Shown here: piece by piece, positions 8,519 to 18,525 of the stretch
Numbering within the stretch: position 1 is the stretch's first letter
Layout of the letters: every line of letters starts with the position of its first letter
Assembly (NCBI GenBank): GCA_024405635.1
Contig: JAKSOL010000003.1
Span: forward strand, 32,001 to 96,000
Length of the DNA stretch: 64,000 nt
Direction: 5' to 3'
Source: Salinivirgaceae bacterium
Lineage (GTDB): Bacteria > Bacteroidota > Bacteroidia > Bacteroidales > SZUA-534
Made by a program: the position numbers and the translations under genes
The notes under the pieces: model-generated
What the model was told of the DNA's origin: nothing
Database searches by the model: none
Seen by the model: the letters and a program-made list of their open reading frames with translations, nothing else

Positions 8519-9913
8519 ATGAGTTTAATAAAATCAATTTCGGGCATTCGCGGAACAATAGGCGATAAAATTGGCGAAGGCCTAAGCCCAATAGATATTG
8601 TAAAATTTACAGCAGCCTATGCACAATGGGTAAAAGAGCAAAACGAACCAGGATTGCGCTTGCGCATTGTGGTAGGTCGCGACGCTCGCATATCGGGAGC
8701 AATGGTGGCTAACCTTGTAACTGGTACCCTTATGAGTATGGGCATGGATATTATTGACCTTGGTTTGGCAACCACGCCAACAACCGAATTAGCTGTGGTT
8801 GACTACGAGGCCGATGGCGGTTTAATTCTTACTGCAAGCCACAACCCAAAACAATGGAACGCACTAAAAATGCTTAATAATCAAGGCGAGTTTCTTAATT
8901 CAGAAGAGGGAAAACGCGTGCTTGAAATAGCCGAAAAAGACGCATTTACTTTTGCTCCTGTTGAGTTCCTTGGTCAGGTTACTGTCGATACCAATTTTGC
9001 ACAAAAGCACATTCAACAAGTTGTGGCATTGCGCCTTGTTGATGTTGAATTGATAAAAAAAGCCAACTTTAAAGTGGTGATTGACACCATTAACTCGGTT
9101 GGTGGTTTGGTTATACCAGATTTGCTACACGCTCTTGGTGTTAAAAACGTTATTGGTTTAAACACCGAACCTCACGGCGACTTTTCGCACACACCAGAGC
9201 CTCTGCCCGAAAACCTTGGGCAAATTTCGGCAGCAATGGTTGAATATAAAGCCGATGTTGGTTTTGTTGTCGATCCCGATGTGGACCGCCTAGCCATTGT
9301 TTGCGAAGACGGATCAATGTTTGGCGAGGAATACACACTTGTGTCGGTGGCCGATTATGTTCTTAGCAACCGAGCAGGAAACACTGTAAGCAACTTGTCG
9401 AGCACTCGCGCGTTGAGCGATGTAACCGCTCAATATGGCGGAACTTATTCAGCAGCAGCAGTTGGCGAGGTTAACGTGGTTGCAAAAATGAAAGAAACCA
9501 ACGCTATTATTGGCGGCGAGGGTAACGGTGGAGTTATTTATCCAGCTTTGCACTATGGTCGCGATGCTTTGGTGGGCATTGCGTTGTTCCTTACACATTT
9601 GGCAAAATCAAAACTCAAATGCACCGAATTGAAGGCACAATATCCAGCTTACCACATCTCAAAAAACAAAATTCAACTTACACCACAAGTTGATGTTGAT
9701 GCAGTGCTTGCTGCAATGAAAAAGAAATACGCAAACGAACGCGTTAACGACATCGACGGTGTGAAAATTGATTTTGCTAACGAGTGGGTTCACCTCCGTA
9801 AATCGAACACCGAGCCTATTATTCGTATTTATGCCGAAAGCAAAAACGAAGAAGCCGCCGACCAATTGGCTCAAAAAATAATGGGCGAGATTAAACAAAT
9901 AGCAGGTATTTAG
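8519..9913 (+). CDS. glmM: Phosphoglucosamine mutase
   Basis: TASHNP, DPDVDR, GGEGNGG, RKSNTEP. Confidence 0.9.
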   Translation: MSLIKSISGIRGTIGDKIGEGLSPIDIVKFTAAYAQWVKEQNEPGLRLRIVVGRDARISGAMVANLVTGTLMSMGMDIIDLGLATTPTTELAVVDYEADGGLILTASHNPKQWNALKMLNNQGEFLNSEEGKRVLEIAEKDAFTFAPVEFLGQVTVDTNFAQKHIQQVVALRLVDVELIKKANFKVVIDTINSVGGLVIPDLLHALGVKNVIGLNTEPHGDFSHTPEPLPENLGQISAAMVEYKADVGFVVDPDVDRLAIVCEDGSMFGEEYTLVSVADYVLSNRAGNTVSNLSSTRALSDVTAQYGGTYSAAAVGEVNVVAKMKETNAIIGGEGNGGVIYPALHYGRDALVGIALFLTHLAKSKLKCTELKAQYPAYHISKNKIQLTPQVDVDAVLAAMKKKYANERVNDIDGVKIDFANEWVHLRKSNTEPIIRIYAESKNEEAADQLAQKIMGEIKQIAGI

Positions 9914-10335
9914 TGGGACGCATTTTGGCAATCGATTACGGGCGCAAACGCTGTGGCATTGCTGTTACCGACCCTTTGCAGATTATTGCAAACGGACTGC
10001 AAACAGTGCCTACTGCAGCGTTGATGGACTTTTTGCGCGACTACACAAACCGCGAAAAAGTTGATGTGTTTGTTGTTGGTTACGCAAAACATCTCGATTC
10101 TACCGATTCTGAATCGATGCAATACATCAACCCATTTGTGAAAAAATTGCAAGCCACTTATCCCAACATTCCCGTTAAAATGGTTGACGAACGCTTTACT
10201 TCAAAAATGGCTTTCCAAACCATGATTGATGGCGGAATGAAAAAGAAACAGCGTCAAGACAAAGCAATGATTGACACAATTAGCGCCACTTTGATTCTGC
10301 AATCGTACATGCAACAACAAACTTTTTTAAAATGA
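9913..10335 (+). CDS. ruvX: YqgF/RuvX pre-16S rRNA nuclease
   Basis: ILAIDYGRKRCGIAVTD, VDERFTS. Confidence 0.95.
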   Translation: MGRILAIDYGRKRCGIAVTDPLQIIANGLQTVPTAALMDFLRDYTNREKVDVFVVGYAKHLDSTDSESMQYINPFVKKLQATYPNIPVKMVDERFTSKMAFQTMIDGGMKKKQRQDKAMIDTISATLILQSYMQQQTFLK

Positions 10336-10889
10336 TACTACCAATCACAATTTACGGTAACCCGGTTTTGCGCCGCAAATCGCAACCAATTGACAAGAAT
10401 TATCCAGGGCTTAAAGAGCTTATTGCCAATATGTTCGATACTCTTAAAGTGTCGGAAGGTGTTGGCTTGGCTGCTCCACAAGTTGGAGTTAACATTCGTT
10501 TGGTGCTGATTGATGCAACTCCGTTTGCCGAGGACGATGCTAACTGCAAAGATTTTAAGTTGGCAATTATCAACCCCGAAATAATTGATTTTCCAACCGA
10601 CGAAGAGGAGTCGTTTGAAGAAGGTTGCCTTAGTCTTCCTGGTTTAAGCGAAGAGGTTTGGCGCCCCGATAAGGTTGAGTTAACTTACTATGACGAGAAC
10701 TTTGTTCAGCATCACGAAACTTGGGACGGAATGCGTGCTCGCATTTTCCAACACGAGTACGACCACTTGGAGGGTAAAATGTTTATTGACCACATTTCGG
10801 CAATAAAACGTCGTTTGTTAGGTGGCAAACTTAATGCAATGGCAAAGGGCAAAGTGTCGGCTCGATACAGAATTGTTCCAAACAAATAG
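10332..10889 (+). CDS. def: Peptide deformylase
   Basis: GVGLAAPQVG, EGCLS, QHEYDHLEG. Confidence 0.97.
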   Translation: MILPITIYGNPVLRRKSQPIDKNYPGLKELIANMFDTLKVSEGVGLAAPQVGVNIRLVLIDATPFAEDDANCKDFKLAIINPEIIDFPTDEEESFEEGCLSLPGLSEEVWRPDKVELTYYDENFVQHHETWDGMRARIFQHEYDHLEGKMFIDHISAIKRRLLGGKLNAMAKGKVSARYRIVPNK

Positions 10890-10907
10890 TTTACCATTTG
10901 TTTTATA

Positions 10908-10949
10908 AAAAAAGCGCTGTAACTGAATAAGTTGCAGCGCTTTCTTTTT
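10908..10949. terminator. Bidirectional intrinsic terminator
   Basis: aaagcgctgtaact-gaata-agttgcagcgcttt with A/T tails, between convergent def and tetR. Confidence 0.75.
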
Positions 10950-10987
10950 GTGGCGTGTTATAGTGCTATTGTTGGTTTGTTTTGCTT

Positions 10988-11602
10988 TTATTTATTGCGA
11001 TTTGTATCAACTTGATACTTAACCATATTTGCAATCCATTCAGGTATCATTTTTCGGCGAATATCCATCATGTAGTTAAATTGCTTGTCGTCCATGTCGC
11101 CAATGCATTGAATAAGAGGGCGAATAACAATTGGTCCCATAATCATTGCCAATGCGTTTGACATAACCTGTACTGCATCAACTTTGTCAGAGCCAGCAAA
11201 CTCGTGAACTTTCTTTTCAAAAGCCGAACTGGGTGTAAATGGTCGTATATTAATTTCAGCAAACTTTTCGGGCGATTTGCGCAATTCGGTTAGCATTACA
11301 ATAATCATTTGGTAGTTTCTAAGCCAAGTGTCGGTATAGTAATTAGAAATGCGGCCCAAAGTGGTTTCAAAATCCGATTTCTCGTCGTTGAAAAAATCGC
11401 GTAACGATTGGTTTATTGGTCCCAAAAAATCTTGCACAACAGCCCAAAACAATTGCTCTTTGCTCTGAAAGTGATAGTTTATAAGAGCAACATTAACGTT
11501 TGCCTCTAATGCAATGTCGCGAGTGCGTGCAGCATCGTATCCTTTTTGCTCAAATACGTGGCGGGCTGCAACTAGTATTTTTTCTTTAGTTTCTTGTGCC
11601 AT
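10988..11602 (-). CDS. TetR/AcrR family transcriptional regulator
   Basis: N-terminal HTH: KILVAARHVFEQKGY..RDIALEANVNVALINYHFQSKEQL. Confidence 0.93.
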   Translation of the reverse strand: MAQETKEKILVAARHVFEQKGYDAARTRDIALEANVNVALINYHFQSKEQLFWAVVQDFLGPINQSLRDFFNDEKSDFETTLGRISNYYTDTWLRNYQMIIVMLTELRKSPEKFAEINIRPFTPSSAFEKKVHEFAGSDKVDAVQVMSNALAMIMGPIVIRPLIQCIGDMDDKQFNYMMDIRRKMIPEWIANMVKYQVDTNRNK

Positions 11603-11637
11603 TTCTGCTTAAATAGAATTTACGCAAATCTAATATT

Positions 11638-11653
11638 TTAAACGGCCGTTTAA
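11638..11653. promoter_or_regulatory. Probable TetR operator
   Basis: Perfect 16-bp palindrome ttaaacggccgtttaa next to a minus-strand TAGATTTG (-7) element upstream of tetR. Confidence 0.65.
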
Positions 11654-11795
11654 TCGTTTTGCGCTGAAAAATGAAGATAAATTGAGGGTGGGAGAAAAAA
11701 TCTTAATTGTTGTAATTCAATAATAAATATTCTTGCCAATCACCATTCACAAAGGCATGTTTTTTGCTCAATTCTATGTATTAAGTACCAATAAC

Positions 11796-12608
11796 ATGAG
11801 CAAAGAGTTGACTTTTTCTGTAAAAACTCCCGAGTTTGAAATGGAGTATGCGCGTTTTGGCAATGGCCCCAAAGCATTAGTTATTATCCCAGGTTTGAGC
11901 ATAAAGAGTGTGGTGCGGTCGGCGGCGGCTATTAGGTCGGCATATAGCGTGTTTGAGTCGGAGTACACCATTTATCTTTTTGACCGAAAACTGCAATTGG
12001 GCAATGTGTATAATCTTGCAGAGATGGCCGACGATACAGTTGCAGCAATGCGAGCATTGGGGATAAATAAAGCCACAATTTATGGTACATCGCAAGGCGG
12101 AATGGTTGGGCAATATATTGCAATAAAATATCCCGAAGTTGTTGAAAATCTGGTTCTTGCTTCTTCATCATCAAAAGCACTGCCTTTGCAGTTAGAGGTT
12201 ATTGGCCACTGGACCGATTTGTGTGTTGAGGGAAAGGCTATGGAATTTGTTGAGGATTTTATTGACAATGCATTTTCAAAAAGTTACTTGGAGCGTTACA
12301 AACCTGTTTTGCTCAAAATGTATCGCAACGTAACAGCGGATGAATTGCAACGTTTTGCTGTACTTTCGGCAGCATGTGCGCATGTTGATACTTACAACGA
12401 TTTGGGGAAAATAAAATGCCCGGTTTTTGTTATTGGCGCAGCTCTTGATCATGTGGTGGGGGCCGAGGCTTCAACAATTATGTACGAAAAACTAAAGGCC
12501 GAAGGTGTGTCTTGCCAATTTTACATGTACAACGATTATGGCCATGCAGCTTTCGATGAGGCAAAAGATTATCGCCAACGCATTTATGATTTTTTGCAGA
12601 CAGTTTAA
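11796..12608 (+). CDS. Alpha/beta hydrolase
   Basis: Nucleophile elbow GTSQGG; C-terminal GHAAF. Confidence 0.9.
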   Translation: MSKELTFSVKTPEFEMEYARFGNGPKALVIIPGLSIKSVVRSAAAIRSAYSVFESEYTIYLFDRKLQLGNVYNLAEMADDTVAAMRALGINKATIYGTSQGGMVGQYIAIKYPEVVENLVLASSSSKALPLQLEVIGHWTDLCVEGKAMEFVEDFIDNAFSKSYLERYKPVLLKMYRNVTADELQRFAVLSAACAHVDTYNDLGKIKCPVFVIGAALDHVVGAEASTIMYEKLKAEGVSCQFYMYNDYGHAAFDEAKDYRQRIYDFLQTV

Positions 12609-12649
12609 ATTATAGCTGAGCAATTTTTTACAATCAATTTGATGCTCAA

Positions 12650-13282
12650 ATGGAAATAAAACCGATATACCTTGCCATTGTTGTAGGCGTTGTGGTTATG
12701 TTAGCCTACTTTTCGTGGTGTGCGCTCAAGATGAAATTGGGTGAGTTGCGTGTAAAACGAGCTAGAAAACATGGATTGGAAGTTGAAAAATACGCACCCG
12801 ATGTTTTGCGCAAAATGGGTTTCAGAGACATAGTAGAGCAGCCAGTTTACAACTATTCAATGAACATTGGAGGGCATAATGTTGAGGTTGAGCTTACCCC
12901 CGATATAATTGCAAAACGTCATGGGCGCACTTACATTATCGACATAAAAACCGGTGGCGTTGGTATGGTTGATAATGCTAAAACTCGTAGGCAACTGCTT
13001 GAATATTATACATATATACCAGCCGATGGGGTAATGATGCTCAATATGGACACCAAAGAACTACACGAGTATGATTTTCCGTACACTAAAGCAAGGTCGG
13101 CAAAGAATAATGCCATACTTAAAGCGGTGATGGGACTCTCGTTGTCGGTTTCGGCGTTTGCAGCCATATTGATGCCCAACAACCAGTTTGCAATTCAAAT
13201 AGCGTGCGGTTTGTTTGGTTTACTTTCAGCAATTTGCATCATATCGATTATAGTAAACGAGCGCAAAAGTTCAGCTAACTAA
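12650..13282 (+). CDS. Membrane-anchored PD-(D/E)XK nuclease-like protein
   Basis: N-terminal TM helix; E..., PDIIA...IIDIKTG..RRQLLEY; two C-terminal TM helices. Confidence 0.65.
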   Translation: MEIKPIYLAIVVGVVVMLAYFSWCALKMKLGELRVKRARKHGLEVEKYAPDVLRKMGFRDIVEQPVYNYSMNIGGHNVEVELTPDIIAKRHGRTYIIDIKTGGVGMVDNAKTRRQLLEYYTYIPADGVMMLNMDTKELHEYDFPYTKARSAKNNAILKAVMGLSLSVSAFAAILMPNNQFAIQIACGLFGLLSAICIISIIVNERKSSAN

Positions 13283-13941
13283 TTGTTGGTTGAGTTATTC
13301 TTGTACAAGTATTCAATATCAATGTCTTGTGTAAAAGTGGTTTGTTGGTTGCCGGGCATTGGCGCAGGTTTAGTAGGTTGAGTAACTAAACTGCTTTTGC
13401 GAAAAGCTAAAGCGAGGCACAATCCACCAATAGCACCAAGCAAATGGCCGTCCCAACTTATGTTGTTGTCTTGTGGCATCATTCCCCAAACCATTCCACC
13501 ATACTGAAAAACAACTAGTAGCGACAACACACGCAAAGGTCGTTCGTGACGTAGCAATCCGCTGAAAAACAGAAAGAAAGCCAAACCGTAAGTTAATCCG
13601 CTTGCTCCAATGTGAATAGCTGACCTGCCAAACAACCAAAGCAGTGTGCCCGACACCAACCAGTTGATTGCAAACACTTTGTATGCAATGTTTCGGTAAA
13701 AGTAAAATAGGGCAGTGCCAAGTAACAAAACGGCAACCGAGTTGTTGGCAATGTGACGCAAATCGGCATGCGCAAAAACCGATAGCAAAACACCGTGCAA
13801 CGAGTGTAGGTTGTGCGGTTTAATGCCAAGTGCGGTCATTCCGTGGCCGTTAGCTTGTGCAATGGTAAAAAATACCCACATGGCAAGTGTAAAGCAAAAC
13901 GGAGCAAACAATGCGTGTATCAGTCGGTTTGGTTTGTGCAT
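13279..13941 (-). CDS. Rhomboid family intramembrane serine protease
   Basis: HADLRHIANN, HIGASG, SWDGHLLG. Confidence 0.92.
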   Translation of the reverse strand: MHKPNRLIHALFAPFCFTLAMWVFFTIAQANGHGMTALGIKPHNLHSLHGVLLSVFAHADLRHIANNSVAVLLLGTALFYFYRNIAYKVFAINWLVSGTLLWLFGRSAIHIGASGLTYGLAFFLFFSGLLRHERPLRVLSLLVVFQYGGMVWGMMPQDNNISWDGHLLGAIGGLCLALAFRKSSLVTQPTKPAPMPGNQQTTFTQDIDIEYLYKNNSTNN

Positions 13942-13982
13942 GCAACAAAGGTAAGGAGTTTGGAAATTGCTGAGTAAACAAA

Positions 13983-14014
13983 AAAAGCGAGCTACATTGT
14001 TGCAACTCGCTTTT
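13983..14014 (-). terminator. Intrinsic terminator after der
   Basis: aaaagcgag...ctcgctttt with a poly-T tail on the minus strand. Confidence 0.6.
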
Positions 14015-14036
14015 GGTATTTTAACCGCCTGGCCAA

Positions 14037-15347
14037 TTACTTTTGGCGGAAGTAAATTTGAATTGGAACGCCGCAAAGGTCAAATTGTGCGCGCATTTTA
14101 TTTTCCAAATAACGTCGGTATGGGTCGCGAACATATTGTGGCAAGTTGCAGAAGAATGCAAACTGTGGCGACTGTGTTGGCAACTGAGTAACGTATTTAA
14201 TTTTAATGTATTTGCCTTTGAGTGATGGTGGTGGATAAGCATCAATAGCCTCAAGCATCACTTGGTTTAGTTGATTGGTAGGAATGCGTCGCGAGCGGTT
14301 TTCGTACACGTGCATTGCAGTTTCAACGGCTTTAAAAACACGTTGTTTGGTTAGAGCCGAAATAAAGATGATAGGCACATCGTTAAACGGAGCAAGTTTA
14401 GCGCGAATAGCTTCTTCGTATTCGTTGGTTATGTTTTTCTCTTTTTCAACCAAGTCCCACTTGTTAACCAAAATAACCACACCCTTACGGTTGCTTACAA
14501 TAAGGCTAAAGATGTTCATGTCTTGGGTTTCAAGACCGCGAGTGGCATCAATCATAAGCAAGCAAACATCGGCATCTTCAATTGAGCGAATGGCTCGCAT
14601 TACTGAGTAGAATTCAAGATTGTCTTCCACTTTGCCTTTTTTGCGAAGTCCAGCGGTGTCAATCAAATTAAACTCGTGTCCAAATTTGTTGTAAACGGTG
14701 TTAACCGAGTCGCGGGTAGTGCCAGCAATGTCGGTAACAATGTTGCGTTCCTCGTCGAGCAGAGCGTTTATAAACGACGATTTGCCAGCGTTTGGACGAC
14801 CAACCACAGCAATGTTTGGTAACTCGCGAGTAATGTCGTCGCTGTTTTTGTCTTTGTTAAACTTTTCAACAATGGCGTCCATCAAATCGCCAGTTCCAGA
14901 ACCGCTAACGGCTGAAATGGGATAAATTTCGCCCAATCCAAGTGCGTAAAACTCCGAAGCCATGTAGCCGCGTTCGGGGTTGTCAACTTTGTTAACTCCC
15001 ACTACAACAGGTTTTTTGCTGCGGCGAAGAATGTTTGCCACACCATCGTCGAGGTCGGTAACGCCATTTTTTACATCGGTTAAGAAAAGTATAACATCGG
15101 CCTCGTCAATTGCCAGCATAACTTGCTTGCGAATTTCGGCCTCAAAAATATCGTCGGAGTTGGTAACGTAACCGCCAGTGTCGATAATTGAAAAGTCGAT
15201 GCCGTTCCATTGCGCTTTGCCGTAGTGACGGTCGCGGGTTACGCCTGCTGTTTCGTCAATAATGGCTTTGCGCGATTCAATAATGCGGTTAAATAGTGTT
15301 GATTTTCCCACATTTGGACGGCCTACTATTGCTACAATATTTGCCAT
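14037..15347 (-). CDS. der: Ribosome biogenesis GTPase Der
   Basis: Two GTPase domains ([16 protein letters not shown]) and a KH-like C-terminus. Confidence 0.97.
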   Translation of the reverse strand: MANIVAIVGRPNVGKSTLFNRIIESRKAIIDETAGVTRDRHYGKAQWNGIDFSIIDTGGYVTNSDDIFEAEIRKQVMLAIDEADVILFLTDVKNGVTDLDDGVANILRRSKKPVVVGVNKVDNPERGYMASEFYALGLGEIYPISAVSGSGTGDLMDAIVEKFNKDKNSDDITRELPNIAVVGRPNAGKSSFINALLDEERNIVTDIAGTTRDSVNTVYNKFGHEFNLIDTAGLRKKGKVEDNLEFYSVMRAIRSIEDADVCLLMIDATRGLETQDMNIFSLIVSNRKGVVILVNKWDLVEKEKNITNEYEEAIRAKLAPFNDVPIIFISALTKQRVFKAVETAMHVYENRSRRIPTNQLNQVMLEAIDAYPPPSLKGKYIKIKYVTQLPTQSPQFAFFCNLPQYVRDPYRRYLENKMRAQFDLCGVPIQIYFRQK

Positions 15348-15371
15348 AATGTTGTGTGTTTTAATAGTTTG

Positions 15372-16256
15372 TTATTGTTGTTTGTAGCCAAAGTAACGAA
15401 GGTTTTGTTCGTTGTCGCGCCAGTCTTTCTGCACTTTTACATATAGTTGCAGCATCACTTTTGAGTCAAAAAATGCCTCCATGTCTTTGCGGGCATCAAT
15501 GCCAACTTTTTTTAGTGCCGAACCTGCGTGACCAATTATTATGCCTTTTTGTGTTTCGCGTGCCACGTAAATTATGGCGCGAATGTGAGTGCATTCGGGC
15601 ATTTCTTTAAACTCTTCAACTTCAACCTCGCACGAGTATGGAATTTCTTTTTTGTAGTTCAAAAAGATTTTCTCGCGTATTATTTCCTGAGCAAAAAAGC
15701 GCTGAGTTTTGTCGGTCAGTTCGTCTTTGTCAAAAAATGGAGGGTTGATTGGCAGCAGTTCTTTGATACGGTTAAAAACTGCATCGGTGTTGAATTTATT
15801 AATGGCCGATACGGGGAAGATTGTTGCTTGTGGCAGTTCTTTTTGCCACATTTCAACCAACTCTTCAAGGTGTTGTTGGTCGGTGGTGTCAATTTTGTTT
15901 ATCAGCAACAAAACTGGCACGTTTGCTTTTTTCACTTTTTGCAAATAATCTTTGTTCTTGTCAAATGTTTCAAAAACATCGGTTACGTACAAAATAATGT
16001 CGGCATCAATAATGGCTGTGTCTACAAACTTAAGCATTGCGTCTTGCAACTTGTAGTGTGGCTTGAGAATACCTGGGGTGTCGGAATAAACCACTTGAAA
16101 ATCGTCGCCGTTTACAATGCCCATAATTCTATGTCGGGTGGTTTGGGCCTTGTTGGTTATTATGGACAAGCGTTCGCCTACAAAGGCGTTCATTAATGTT
16201 GATTTGCCCACGTTTGGATTTCCAATAATGTTTACAAAACCTGCTTTATGTTCCAT
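15372..16256 (-). CDS. era: GTPase Era
   Basis: GNPNVGKST, QTTR, DTPG, KH domain GIIIG. Confidence 0.97.
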   Translation of the reverse strand: MEHKAGFVNIIGNPNVGKSTLMNAFVGERLSIITNKAQTTRHRIMGIVNGDDFQVVYSDTPGILKPHYKLQDAMLKFVDTAIIDADIILYVTDVFETFDKNKDYLQKVKKANVPVLLLINKIDTTDQQHLEELVEMWQKELPQATIFPVSAINKFNTDAVFNRIKELLPINPPFFDKDELTDKTQRFFAQEIIREKIFLNYKKEIPYSCEVEVEEFKEMPECTHIRAIIYVARETQKGIIIGHAGSALKKVGIDARKDMEAFFDSKVMLQLYVKVQKDWRDNEQNLRYFGYKQQ

Positions 16257-16418
16257 TTTGTTATTGGGGGATTTTATAGTTCCCCTATTAAAAAGTTATA
16301 CTTATTGAGAGCGAGTGTATGCTCCCTTAAATTTTGCGCAAAGATAAATAGTTTGGCGTTTTTATAAAGTGCCTATTGATAAACACTTGTGCTAGGTTGA
16401 TGCGGTGGTTTTTTGTGG

Positions 16419-17171
16419 CTAAAAGCGTTCAATTAGCAGCATTAGTATAAATCCGGCCAGCAATGCGTAGGTTGCTTGTTTTTGGTAGCCGTGAGTGTGG
16501 CTTTCGGGTATCATTTCGTCGCTAACAACATACAACATTGCGCCACCCGATAGTGCCAGCATTAGTGGCAATATTGATGCCGAAAGGGTGCCTAGCCCGT
16601 AACCTGTAAACACGCCAACAACTTCAAGCAGACCAATGGCAATTGCTATGATGAAGGTTCGCCAACGGCTTACGCCTGCTAGTAACAATGGCGATATTAT
16701 TACCATTCCTTCGGGTATGTTTTGCAGCGAAATGGCTATTGCTACACTAGCTGCATCGGCCGAACCTTCGCCACCAAAGCCAACTCCTGCGGCCATTCCT
16801 TCGGGAAATTTGTGCAAGGCTATTGCCATTACAAATAGCATTACACGATTAATGTGTTGATTGTTAGTGTGTTGCTCTTGCTCAATGCCGGTTATTGTGT
16901 GCAAGTGTGGAGTTAGTCGGTCGAGTAGGTTTAGCAGCATTACACCCAAAACAACACCCAAGCATGGCATCCATATTTGGCTCCATTGTGGGCATAGTTC
17001 AAACGCAGGCACAAGCAGTCCCAATACCGATGCCGAAAGCATTATTCCGGCGCATAGTCCAACTATTGTGTCGTTTGTTTTGTGGCTAACGTTGTTTATA
17101 AAATATCCTAATACTGAGCCAATTATAGTAGAGCTGCCTACGCCTATTGCTGTTGTGACTATTGCATTCAT
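16419..17171 (-). CDS. ZIP family metal transporter (ZupT/GufA)
   Basis: LHKFPEG, LQNIPEG, EMIPESH. Confidence 0.92.
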   Translation of the reverse strand: MNAIVTTAIGVGSSTIIGSVLGYFINNVSHKTNDTIVGLCAGIMLSASVLGLLVPAFELCPQWSQIWMPCLGVVLGVMLLNLLDRLTPHLHTITGIEQEQHTNNQHINRVMLFVMAIALHKFPEGMAAGVGFGGEGSADAASVAIAISLQNIPEGMVIISPLLLAGVSRWRTFIIAIAIGLLEVVGVFTGYGLGTLSASILPLMLALSGGAMLYVVSDEMIPESHTHGYQKQATYALLAGFILMLLIERF

Positions 17172-17181
17172 TTTGATTTAG

Positions 17182-18525
17182 TTATTGGTTTAGTATCCAT
17201 TCGTAAAGTTGGGCCCATTGTGTATTGGCAAAAGTGCTGTTGTGCCACAAGAAACTGAATTGCCCGTTCACTTTTTTTACTTCGGTTAGCAAGTTTGCAA
17301 TTTGTTGTTTTGCGTCGTTGGCCGACAGGTGTTGGTATTCGCTCAATGTGGTGTCCATTAGCACAAGTGGGTGAATGCTGATGTTGGTGAATCTATTGTT
17401 GGCAAAATCGAAAAAAGGAAAAGGATGGCAAGTGCCTGCGCGAAAACCTGCGTGGCTAGCGTAAGACATTGTGTAGTCGGTAGTTACACCAAAATTTTCG
17501 AGCCAATGATACTCGGGCGCATTGCGTAGCAAGTAGTGTTGCCTAATTGCGTTGGCCGGTTTTCCTGCAAGTTGCTCAAAGCATTGCTGTTCCTCGCCAA
17601 AAGTGCCAAACGAGCCTTTGCACGATGCATACGACGGATGTAGGTCAACTTTTGCTTGTTTACTCAACTCTTTCACGAATTTGGTCATGGCTTTGCTGCT
17701 TGGATTTACCGATTTGTCATATTTCCCGCGTTTGGCAAGCAATACAAAAAAATGGCTTTCAATACTGTGCTTGTTGTTCATTTCCAGTATTTTTCTGAAA
17801 GTGAAATGCGGATCAGACTTTAATCGGCAAAGTACCATTACACGTGTTATTGCATTGCTGAGTTTGAGTTGAACCAAATCGCGACACAAACCAACAGTGT
17901 TGCGCAAAATGCCTTTGTGTAGGTAGCACCATGGACTATCGACATCGGTTGAGGGCGATAGTTCAAATTTTTCGGTTTTAAATTGCAAAGTTGGGTCAAT
18001 GGTAAGCAGTTCAGCTTTTAGTTTTTCAATCCAAACATCAACAACAGGAATGTGTAACCAGTTGTTTTTTAGCGCAATCGATTGGCTGGCCATAAATCTG
18101 CCATGTTGGTCGAGTGGGGCGTTGTCGTTGTATTCTTCAACTCGTGCAAGCATAAAAAATACGGCGGCAAAAAGGTCGAACCCAAAGTTGCATTCGGTTG
18201 GAAAAATTACGGGCATTTGGTCAATGATGGTTGCATCGGTTTGTCTCATAAAATTTGGCACATTTCCCTGTATAACAGGCACTTGCTCGGTGCGCTGCGA
18301 TGTTGTAAAATCGATGTTGTTAAAAACCGAACGAACCTCGTTGTATGTGCGCGGCGCAATAGTTATGTTGGATTGTGCCCCAACTTTGTAGCTGATAACT
18401 GGCTGTGGAGTATCGGCAGTTTGTTCAAACACAATGTTGTAATCAATGCCCAATCGCTCTGAAAAAATGTAGTCGAGTACATAGTCGAGCCGTGGCGAGC
18501 GAATGTCGGTTACAATGGTTACCAT
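17182..18525 (-). CDS. Polysaccharide deacetylase-like protein
   Basis: TDVDSP, LHPSY, RQHYL, GFRAGTC, LWHN. Adjacent to a glycosyltransferase. Confidence 0.8.
   Translation of the reverse strand: MVTIVTDIRSPRLDYVLDYIFSERLGIDYNIVFEQTADTPQPVISYKVGAQSNITIAPRTYNEVRSVFNNIDFTTSQRTEQVPVIQGNVPNFMRQTDATIIDQMPVIFPTECNFGFDLFAAVFFMLARVEEYNDNAPLDQHGRFMASQSIALKNNWLHIPVVDVWIEKLKAELLTIDPTLQFKTEKFELSPSTDVDSPWCYLHKGILRNTVGLCRDLVQLKLSNAITRVMVLCRLKSDPHFTFRKILEMNNKHSIESHFFVLLAKRGKYDKSVNPSSKAMTKFVKELSKQAKVDLHPSYASCKGSFGTFGEEQQCFEQLAGKPANAIRQHYLLRNAPEYHWLENFGVTTDYTMSYASHAGFRAGTCHPFPFFDFANNRFTNISIHPLVLMDTTLSEYQHLSANDAKQQIANLLTEVKKVNGQFSFLWHNSTFANTQWAQLYEWILNQ

Noticed and set aside
15528-16196. 222-aa plus-strand ORF (and similar shadows at 21879-22466 and 33874-34635)
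   Set aside because: Antisense to well-conserved genes (era, paaK, hdrB-like).
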